IMG/VR virus record: IMGVR_UViG_3300037044_000259
Span: 1-40,205 of that record
Length of the DNA stretch: 40,205 nt
Reading direction: 5' to 3' (one strand)
From: a virus
Lineage: Duplodnaviria > Caudoviricetes
In this document: in pieces, positions 1 through 6,782 of the stretch
How positions within the stretch are numbered: position 1 is the stretch's first letter
How the letters are laid out: every line of letters begins with the position of its first letter
Program-made: the position numbers and the translations under genes
Notes under the pieces: generated by a model
Told to the model about the DNA's origin: nothing
The model's database searches: none
What the model saw: only the letters and a program-made list of their open reading frames with translations

Positions 1-19
1 TCAACTCCTGTCAGCGGCT
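1..19 (+). tRNA. 3' end of a tRNA gene (Thr-like); probable attL core
   Basis: TCAACT-CCTGT-CAGCGGC-T reads as T-loop (T)TCAACT, 3' T-stem strand, 3' acceptor strand and discriminator T, with no encoded CCA. It implies a GCCGCTG 5' end, typical of tRNA-Thr, and lies at the end of an integrase gene. The rest of the tRNA is outside the window. Confidence 0.65.
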
Positions 20-1536
20 TTTTTCGATTCGAACGACCGGGATTCAGAAGCAGCCGGCACACTCGAGGAGTGGCCCCGCTGCAACGAATCGGTCAACCCC
101 GCGGCGTCCAAGACGCTAAGAACCGACGAAGATGCTTGCGGCTCGGAATCCGCGGGGTTGACCGGAATGTTGTAAACAGGGTGAGCATCTTCGTCGTGGA
201 CATCATGCCCATCGACCACTCCGGTTGTCAAGTCGGAATTTTTTACAAGAACCGGATTGTGCATAACTTTCGGCGCAAGGGGGCAAAGTCTGAGGATCGC
301 CGCCCGCTGGTCCTCCATGCTCGGGTCGAAGTACCGCATGTTGACGCCGCCTTTGTGCCGCATCAAGAAATCGACCATCAAGCCGTCGACTCCCGAACGC
401 CGCATCTCAGTCGAAAAGAACTTGCGGGCTGAGCGCGGCGCGTAGCTGCGCCCACGGTCGTCGTGCTTGTCGATCTTCGCCCGCTGGGCGTCCTTGTTGA
501 ACGCACTACTCACGATCGGGAACACGAATGAGCCGTCGAGATCCGGCGACACCGGCCGCTTTACCGGAGGCACCTTTTTCTTGCGTCGGTTGTTGTGGAC
601 AACTACGACCGGGGTTTCCTTCGCCAGTTCCCGCATCGCTTCCCGGTGCATTTTCAGGAGCTTCACGAGCTCGGGATGCAGAATGACGTCCTGCTCTTTG
701 CGGTTCTTCTGAATGTCTTTGGTCCAGTGAATGTGGGCGATTTTGTGGTCGAGCCGCATGTGCCGCTTCCATTCGAGCTTCGCGGCCTCGCCCGGCCGAA
801 GCCCTCCGAGGAACATGATCAGCTGCTGGAGCGGGCGGTTCGAGCGGCGGTATCCGCAGGTGAACTCGCGGGCGCACGCGGCCATGAGCTGGCGTTCTGC
901 CTCCTCGCGCGTTGCTGCACGCACGCCGGGCCCGCCGTCATCCGGGCAGGTCGGGACGTCGTCGAGCATGCCTTTGGGGTTGAATCCGCGGCGTGCCAGG
1001 AACTCGGAGAAGCCTCGAACGATGGTGACCGCGCGGTTGACGCTCTTGCCGATCCACTCGCTATTTGCTCGTTTCTTGGCGGCGATCAGCTCCATCGACG
1101 TGGAGCAGATGTCGTCCGGGCTCGTCCAGCTGCCGAGCTCGATGCACTCAAGCAGCAGCATCTTGTACGAGTAGGCGGTGCCGGGCTTACGCCCGAACGT
1201 CAGAAGCACGGCGGCGTACTCCTCAACGAGCGCGGGCAGTCCGCCTGGTGCCGCGTCAATGCGGCCGGCGATAACGGATTCGGGATGCGCGTCCTGCGCC
1301 CCCCTGCTCGTCGGTGCAAGGGTCGGCATACGAACCACGGTACCTGAGCGGCCTCCGCGATCCAAACGAATTTGTGCACCACCGCGAGGATCAACCTCGA
1401 CAGTTATCGTGATGCGCACGACATCGCCGGACGGAAACGGATACGTATCCATCACCCTGCCCCGGAATTTCCCCGCCACAAAGTTGTGGATTCCCAACGC
1501 CGTGTGTGATGCGCCGCAATGGGCTAGGTAGTTCAC
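1..1536 (-). CDS. int: tyrosine recombinase / phage integrase
   Basis: Motifs GLRPGE (R), KNRK (K), PRSARK (HxxR position), LMRH and MRYF (catalytic Y), with a helical core-binding region upstream. The true start may be the ATG at 1452. Confidence 0.9.
   Translation of the reverse strand: MNYLAHCGASHTALGIHNFVAGKFRGRVMDTYPFPSGDVVRITITVEVDPRGGAQIRLDRGGRSGTVVRMPTLAPTSRGAQDAHPESVIAGRIDAAPGGLPALVEEYAAVLLTFGRKPGTAYSYKMLLLECIELGSWTSPDDICSTSMELIAAKKRANSEWIGKSVNRAVTIVRGFSEFLARRGFNPKGMLDDVPTCPDDGGPGVRAATREEAERQLMAACAREFTCGYRRSNRPLQQLIMFLGGLRPGEAAKLEWKRHMRLDHKIAHIHWTKDIQKNRKEQDVILHPELVKLLKMHREAMRELAKETPVVVVHNNRRKKKVPPVKRPVSPDLDGSFVFPIVSSAFNKDAQRAKIDKHDDRGRSYAPRSARKFFSTEMRRSGVDGLMVDFLMRHKGGVNMRYFDPSMEDQRAAILRLCPLAPKVMHNPVLVKNSDLTTGVVDGHDVHDEDAHPVYNIPVNPADSEPQASSSVLSVLDAAGLTDSLQRGHSSSVPAASESRSFESKKAADRS
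50..196. ncRNA. candidate structured RNA with interleaved inverted repeats
   Basis: Perfect inverted repeats 90-104/150-164 (15 bp) and 124-136/184-196 (13 bp) in A-B-A'-B' order, plus hairpins at 50-82 and 104-116. Confidence 0.5.
202..231 (-). promoter_or_regulatory. sigma70-like promoter pointing toward att
   Basis: TTGACA (231-226)-N18-CATGAT (207-202), with an AT-rich tract upstream (237-248). Confidence 0.45.
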
Positions 1537-1600
1537 CCTGTCTTAACATTTTTTTAGACATGGCTTTGGGCGCGTCCAGAGGCCGCTCGCGGCAAAAGAA

Positions 1601-1617
1601 TGTCCCAATTTGGGACA
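1601..1617. promoter_or_regulatory. 17-bp operator-like palindrome
   Basis: TGTCCCAA-T-TTGGGACA in the divergent int/HTH intergenic region, with a related imperfect TGTC...GACA palindrome at 1539-1560. Confidence 0.55.
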
Positions 1618-1945
1618 CGTGCGGTATGCCGGTTGGCGATCTTGGGAGGCCGTGAAGCCACAGGAGATCATCCGTTTCATCAACAAGCAGTGCGTGCTCC
1701 AGGAGCTGACGCAGTTCGACTTGGTGGCACGGACCGGTTATCCCAGAGCGAATCTGAGCAGGTGGTTCAGCGGCAGGCGCGGAATGAAGCTCGACCAGGT
1801 GTCCCGAGTGCTCGGGGCCATGGGGTACGAGCTGGACATCCGGAGCCTCGCCCATGGCAAACCCAAGCGTCTCAAAGCCACTCCGAAAGCACCTCGTGCC
1901 GATCGGCAGCCTGTCCGCCGACCCGGCAAACGCAAGGCTTCATGA
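1610..1945 (+). CDS. XRE/Cro-type helix-turn-helix regulator
   Basis: LTQFDLVARTGYPRANLSRWFSGRRGMKLDQVSRVLGAMG is a typical HTH_3 pattern. The start is uncertain (GTG at 1652 is possible). Confidence 0.8.
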   Translation: MGHVRYAGWRSWEAVKPQEIIRFINKQCVLQELTQFDLVARTGYPRANLSRWFSGRRGMKLDQVSRVLGAMGYELDIRSLAHGKPKRLKATPKAPRADRQPVRRPGKRKAS

Positions 1946-3323
1946 TCAGCGGTCGATCGATGCGATCGCGAACAGCCTGAAGCGGTTCGGGCAGCAGAAA
2001 CCCATCGTGTGCGATGCCGCAGGCGTGACCGTCGCGGGCGCCGGCCTCTTGGCTGCCGCCGTGCAACTCGGCTGGACACATGTCGCCGCCGTTCGCTCTC
2101 AGCTCGTCGGTGCCGAGCGTGTCGCCTACGGGATCGCCGATAACCGAACCGCCGAACTCTCGACATGGGATGACGACGCGCTCCGCGCGTTGGTCGGCTC
2201 GATGCCTGAAGACATGGCCGCGGCATCTGGCTACACCCAGGACGAGCTCCAGCAGCTTCTTGCCGGCGACGAGGGAGGCGGCGTGCACCAGGACGAGATC
2301 CCGGAGCCGGCGAAGGTCGCTGTCTCGAAGCTGGGCGACGTGTGGATCCTCGGCAAGCACCGACTGATGTGCGGCGACTGCACCGAGCCGGCGGACGTTG
2401 CAGCGCTCATGCAGCGCGAGAAAGCCGCGCTCTTCGCGACCGATCCGCCGTACCTGGTCGACTACGACGGCACGAACCATCCGCAGTCGTTCACCAGCGG
2501 CAAGAGCAAGGACTGGTCACAGACGTACGGCACCACCTGGGACGACGCCGACGGCAACACCGATCTCTACGACCGGTTCATCGCGGCTGCGGCTCCACAC
2601 CTCCGCGAGAATGCCCCGTGGTATTGCTGGCACGCGAGCCGTCGGCAGGCGATGCTCGAGGCGGCATGGGTGAAGGCTGGCGCCTTCGTGCACTGCCAGA
2701 TCATCTGGGCGAAGAACAGACCCATTCTGACACGCACCTGGTATCTCTGGCAGCACGAACCGTGCCTGATGGGCTGGATCAAGAGCAAGAAACCCAAGTC
2801 CATCGCAGGTGTTGATCGGCAATCGACGGTCTGGAGTGTCGACACGATTCCCAACGGAGACGATCGGCCTGATCACCCGACACCAAAGCCGATTGAGCTG
2901 TTCGCGATCCCGATGCAGCAGCACACGCTGATCGGTGAGATCTGCTTCGAACCTTTCAGCGGATCCGGCACGCAGATCATCGCCGCAGAGCAGCTGGGCC
3001 GGCGCTGCTTCGCCATCGACATACAGCCGCTGTACATCGACGTGGCCGTGCGGCGATGGGAAGCGCTCACGGGTAAGCAGGCCGTTCTGGAGGGAACGAA
3101 GCGAACATGGGCACAGGTTGCCAAGGCCCGCGGTGTGGCGTTGGATCGTGCATGCCCACAGCGCCCAAGCGTCCCTGCCGAAAGCCCGGCTGCCGAAACC
3201 TCACCGACAAAGGCTGGTGCGAGGCCCACTTCCAAGAGAACAAGCCGAAAGCCTGGGCGAGCACAGAAGGCTCGGCGCACTCGCGGGGATACGGCACGGT
3301 CTGGAGGAAGGTCCGCCGCCTGA
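1854..3323 (+). CDS. ParB-N domain fused to an N6A/N4C DNA methyltransferase
   Basis: N-terminal ParB-like motifs (NARLH, SLKRFGQQKPIV, IADNRTAE) followed by TDPPY, HPTPKP and FEPFSGSGT (beta-class order). Confidence 0.92.
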   Translation: MANPSVSKPLRKHLVPIGSLSADPANARLHDQRSIDAIANSLKRFGQQKPIVCDAAGVTVAGAGLLAAAVQLGWTHVAAVRSQLVGAERVAYGIADNRTAELSTWDDDALRALVGSMPEDMAAASGYTQDELQQLLAGDEGGGVHQDEIPEPAKVAVSKLGDVWILGKHRLMCGDCTEPADVAALMQREKAALFATDPPYLVDYDGTNHPQSFTSGKSKDWSQTYGTTWDDADGNTDLYDRFIAAAAPHLRENAPWYCWHASRRQAMLEAAWVKAGAFVHCQIIWAKNRPILTRTWYLWQHEPCLMGWIKSKKPKSIAGVDRQSTVWSVDTIPNGDDRPDHPTPKPIELFAIPMQQHTLIGEICFEPFSGSGTQIIAAEQLGRRCFAIDIQPLYIDVAVRRWEALTGKQAVLEGTKRTWAQVAKARGVALDRACPQRPSVPAESPAAETSPTKAGARPTSKRTSRKPGRAQKARRTRGDTARSGGRSAA

Positions 3324-3499
3324 TCCTGAATCGCGATCCGATCTGCATGGTGTGCCGGCGGAATGCGTCGACGGCCGTCGATCACATCGTGCCCAAGGCG
3401 CAGGGCGGTCAAGACACCGACGACAACCTGCAGGGCATCTGCGGCGATTGTCACTCGGAGAAGACGGCGAAGGAATCCGCTGCAGCTCGGAAGGTATGA
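3152..3499 (+). CDS. HNH endonuclease (terminase-associated)
   Basis: MPTAPKRPCRKPGC...SRGYG..W...CMVC...VDHIVPK..GG.D...NLQGIC..CH..KT. Start taken at the ATG at 3152. Confidence 0.93.
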   Translation: MPTAPKRPCRKPGCRNLTDKGWCEAHFQENKPKAWASTEGSAHSRGYGTVWRKVRRLILNRDPICMVCRRNASTAVDHIVPKAQGGQDTDDNLQGICGDCHSEKTAKESAAARKV

Positions 3500-3526
3500 A
3501 GGTATAAGACATTCATACCAAGCGGC

Positions 3527-5389
3527 CTACTGGGTAACTCGGTATGGCTCGATGAGTACATCGTCTTGAGCAGAGCAGCTGATCCGAACGTTGCCCATGA
3601 CGTCGCAGAAAGCCGTCGGGATCGGCCCGATCGACTTCACCTCGCCAGGCGCGACCGTGACGCTCATGTCGTCAACAGCCTGGGCCGGGAAGATCCGATC
3701 CGCAGGTCGGAGTCGCATTTGAGCGACGGCGCTGGCAGTCACGGAGGAATCCGAATTGTTCGTCACGCGCACCATCAGATCGCCGCCGTGGTTTCTGAAG
3801 TTGTCACCCGTTGAGCTGGGGTTGACGACGACCGGCGCACCCCCGCTGAATGTGGGAGTCGTCGCCACCGAGACGGGTTCGCTGAGGGTGGCTTTCCACT
3901 CGTCCCATGCGGTGAAGAGCGCGGCCTGCTGGTTGTCGAAGCTGAACCAGTGGAAGCTGTGAACGCCGTGATCGTTCAGGAACGACCAGAGGGCCTTCAC
4001 CCATTCCCAATCGCCGTGATCGGCCGTGTTCACCCCGACGTTCTTGCGGCGGAAGACAGCCCGGATAGGGAGGTCCGGGTCGCACAGAGCCAGGCGGCGC
4101 TCTACCTCGGCCAGGCCGGCGCTGATGTTGAATGTCGGCGCACTCCCCTGCGTGATGCGGCAGTTGAGCATCTGGTCGGCATACCCGAAGTTGTCAAAGC
4201 GCTTGATCTCTTCCTCGTCGAACTTGGGCGTGCCCTTGATGGAGTGGTAGTTGGCCGACTCGATCTCGTAGCCGAAGACTGTGGTCCAGACATCGATGAA
4301 CGAACGCTTCTGGGCGTCGAACAGCAGCTCCTGGCCGAAGGCGTTGAGCTCGTTCCGGAACGTCGCGTACGCGGGATCTGACTCGAGGCCGGGCGGCAGC
4401 GGAGTCGAGCCGTTGTAGACGCCTTGCGAGATCCATCGCAGCCAGCGTTCCTTAAACGTGCGCCGCACCCACGAGCCGTTCACCTTCTCCTGCCAGCAGA
4501 GCTCGTTCGCGAAGCGATCGAGGTCCCCGTCATCTGCAGCGTTGCGGATGTGGTTCTTGATGTTGACGCGGTGGACGTAGGTGCTCGCCGGCCACACAGG
4601 GATCGCAACGCCCAGCAGGTTTGTCGGATCTCCGGCGTTGTAGTCGGGGAAGGAGGTGATGTTGCCGTTGGTGCCGCGGTTGACGGCCGACACCTGGTTG
4701 AAGTGCTTGGGCCGCATCCCGTCTTCGTTGTCGTCGATGAACTTTGCATGCGGTGCGAGCTGGAAGGTGCCCGAGTTGTGCAGCGTGAAGTTCTCGCACA
4801 GGCTCTTGAGCGTCGTCAGGCATCGGAGGAAGAACGCGGAGGACTTCGCCACGGAGTTGTCGTGGTAAGGGCTGAAGCGGGCCCAGGGCGCGTTCGCCAG
4901 CGTCATGAGCGACTGGCCACCGCATGTCGTTTCCATCAGTGCCGGCTGCGTGCCGCTGATGGCGTCCGCAAGATCGAACTGCCAGGGGTTGACGTCCGAC
5001 CCATCGACCTGCTTCGTGTAGCCCGCACCCTTGATGTAGAGCAATCCCGAGCGCGTGCCTCCCGCATATTCACCGGCACCCAGATGGGCGCCACGGAAGT
5101 GCATGTTGATCGCGATGCACTTCGCCACGTGATCGGCGTACGTGTCCAGGTCTCCCTGGGTCGGGCTTGCGGGCGGACCGTCGTAGTTCGGTGCGGTGTA
5201 GCCGAAAGCGTTGGGCGTGCCCTTGCCGCCGGGCACGTCGTTGTAAAGGAAGTCCTGGCTGGCAGCAGTCTGGACGAGGACGTCCGGACGTCGCAGGTTC
5301 AAGTCGCCTTTATCGAAGGTGTCGAAGAGGACGAGGTGGGGATTGGACCGCGATGGGGGCGCGCGGTGGATCGGGCCATAGCTTGGCAT
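3527..5389 (-). CDS. 620-aa protein: unknown N-terminal domain plus a C-terminal copy of the adjacent 118-aa protein
   Basis: Long ORF with phage-like codon usage and a GGAGG RBS. The last ~115 aa align with ORF 5418-5774 (about 45% identity by manual alignment). Confidence 0.8.
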   Translation of the reverse strand: MPSYGPIHRAPPSRSNPHLVLFDTFDKGDLNLRRPDVLVQTAASQDFLYNDVPGGKGTPNAFGYTAPNYDGPPASPTQGDLDTYADHVAKCIAINMHFRGAHLGAGEYAGGTRSGLLYIKGAGYTKQVDGSDVNPWQFDLADAISGTQPALMETTCGGQSLMTLANAPWARFSPYHDNSVAKSSAFFLRCLTTLKSLCENFTLHNSGTFQLAPHAKFIDDNEDGMRPKHFNQVSAVNRGTNGNITSFPDYNAGDPTNLLGVAIPVWPASTYVHRVNIKNHIRNAADDGDLDRFANELCWQEKVNGSWVRRTFKERWLRWISQGVYNGSTPLPPGLESDPAYATFRNELNAFGQELLFDAQKRSFIDVWTTVFGYEIESANYHSIKGTPKFDEEEIKRFDNFGYADQMLNCRITQGSAPTFNISAGLAEVERRLALCDPDLPIRAVFRRKNVGVNTADHGDWEWVKALWSFLNDHGVHSFHWFSFDNQQAALFTAWDEWKATLSEPVSVATTPTFSGGAPVVVNPSSTGDNFRNHGGDLMVRVTNNSDSSVTASAVAQMRLRPADRIFPAQAVDDMSVTVAPGEVKSIGPIPTAFCDVMGNVRISCSAQDDVLIEPYRVTQ

Positions 5390-5417
5390 ACGCGCCTCCG
5401 AATCGAACCTGCCGCAA

Positions 5418-5774
5418 TCACACAGCGACGCGGTAGGACTCGACTGTCACGCTGGTGACTGCCGAGCAGACCAGGGTGACCTTCCCATTAACGTCGTTGA
5501 ACGCAGGAGGGATCGGGCCGATGACCTTGGTCGCACCGTTGGCGATCGCCACCACGTTGTTCGAGATGGTGGACGGAGGGAAGACACCATCGCCGGGGCG
5601 CGTGGTCTGCTGGGCTGTGAGCGTGGCGTTGATGCTGCTGCCGCTGCCGTTGGTGATGCGCAGCATCAGATCGCCGCGCGGGTTGTCGAAGGTGTCACCG
5701 GTCGTGGCCGTTGGGGCGCTCGAGGTGGGAACGACGCCGGTGATCAAGGGAGTGGTCGGAGAGATGTTGGCCAT
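5418..5774 (-). CDS. small beta-rich putative virion (decoration-type) protein
   Basis: AAGGAG RBS. T/S/V/G-rich with the pattern GDTF.N...L.ITNGSGSSI..T...IGPIP..FND..G.V, resembling small phage structural proteins. Confidence 0.7.
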   Translation of the reverse strand: MANISPTTPLITGVVPTSSAPTATTGDTFDNPRGDLMLRITNGSGSSINATLTAQQTTRPGDGVFPPSTISNNVVAIANGATKVIGPIPPAFNDVNGKVTLVCSAVTSVTVESYRVAV

Positions 5775-5801
5775 TGCGCTGCTCCTTTGGGGTTCAGAGC
5801 G

Positions 5802-5829
5802 AGACTAGCGCAAAGTGCAGGCTCGGCAA
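5802..5829 (-). promoter_or_regulatory. putative late promoter for the 118-aa and 620-aa genes
   Basis: TTGCCG-N16-TAGTCT, the same architecture as the promoters before the portal, capsid and tail genes. Confidence 0.6.
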
Positions 5830-5979
5830 GCGCGTGGCAACACGGGCCAACGTGGCGGGCGTGGGCACGACGTGACGCGACGGAATGGAAACGGCGACCG
5901 AACGCGCGACCCCCCCAGAACGCTCAGAAAGGCCCTGTTTTGGGCCAAAAACGGGCCGTTTTCAGCCCAAAAACGAGGG

Positions 5980-6074
5980 TGGGGGGAGGGGGGGTCGGAT
6001 CTCTGGCATCCTGCGCCAGGACCGTATTTGGCCCCGTCATTTTTTCGGTCGCAGGTTTTGGGGGGAGGGGGGGG
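5980..6074. other. probable cos/packaging region bracketed by G-tract direct repeats
   Basis: T-G6-A-G7 at 5980-5994 and T-G6-A-G8 at 6059-6074, non-coding, just upstream of a P27-type terS in an HNH-encoding phage. Confidence 0.5.
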
Positions 6075-6155
6075 ACTGCTGCAACACGTTACCTCGGCGT
6101 GCGCGCCGCGTCAACTTCGCAGATTTCTGCGGGAAAAACGGGCTAGTCTCGCTCG

Positions 6156-6782
6156 ATGGGATTGCGCGGACCCAAGCCACAGTCGACGGCAACGAAAATC
6201 GCAGCCGGAAATCCGGGGCGTCGTCGTCTCAATGAAGACGAGCCGATCCCGCCGCCAGGTGAGGTGCTCGCGCCCTCATGGATGAGCGAGCAGGCGAAGC
6301 GAATCTGGGCGGCGTCCGCTCCGGTGCTCTCGGCGATGAAAGTTCTCACGACGGCTGACGTTCTTTTCTTCGCTCGCTACTGCGAGACGTTCGCGCGGTG
6401 GCTTGAGCTGCAGGATTTCCTGATGCGGAAGGGCGCGAAGGGAACGACGTACGCAACGCGCGACGAGAAGGGGAAGGTGCGATACGTGCACGAGCTGCCG
6501 CAGGCCGCCGAGTTTCGCCGTCTCTCGGAGATCCTCATCCGAATGGAGGATCGCTTCGGCATGAATCCGTCCGCGCGTTCGCGGATCCGCATCGAAGGCA
6601 TCGGCGCCGCGGCGCCCGCGCAGCTCACCGAGGACCAGATGCGCGACAAGGAGACCATGGACTTTTTCGCGGGAGGTGGACCGATGCCTCCGCGCTTAGT
6701 CTCTGGAAGCAGTGGCGCAGCAGAAGAAAAAACCAAAGCCCCGCGTCAAGACGGCCGTCGAGCGCGTCCAGCGTCTGCTTGA
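6156..6782 (+). CDS. terS: terminase small subunit, P27 family
   Basis: MGLRGPKPQSTATK..GNPGRRRLN..EP, P.WMSEQAKRIW, FGMNPSARSRI. Confidence 0.92.
   Translation: MGLRGPKPQSTATKIAAGNPGRRRLNEDEPIPPPGEVLAPSWMSEQAKRIWAASAPVLSAMKVLTTADVLFFARYCETFARWLELQDFLMRKGAKGTTYATRDEKGKVRYVHELPQAAEFRRLSEILIRMEDRFGMNPSARSRIRIEGIGAAAPAQLTEDQMRDKETMDFFAGGGPMPPRLVSGSSGAAEEKTKAPRQDGRRARPASA

Noticed and set aside
20-196. Theta/HDV-like or hammerhead ribozyme in the tRNA trailer
   Set aside because: The structure does not begin at the tRNA 3' end, the stems are too long, and I see no HDV or CUGANGA/GAAA core. Kept only as an unclassified structured RNA.
1610-3499. Restriction-modification system (C protein, MTase, HNH nuclease)
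   Set aside because: The HNH is the short terminase-associated type, and ParB-MTase fusions are routine next to phage packaging genes.
5797-6154. Invertible DNA segment bounded by 13-bp inverted repeats
   Set aside because: No dedicated invertase is present, and the repeats are better explained as twin promoter elements. Not excluded without read data.
6697-6702. TAGTCT upstream of terL as another late promoter
   Set aside because: No -35 at 16-nt spacing and it lies within coding sequence; too weak to call.
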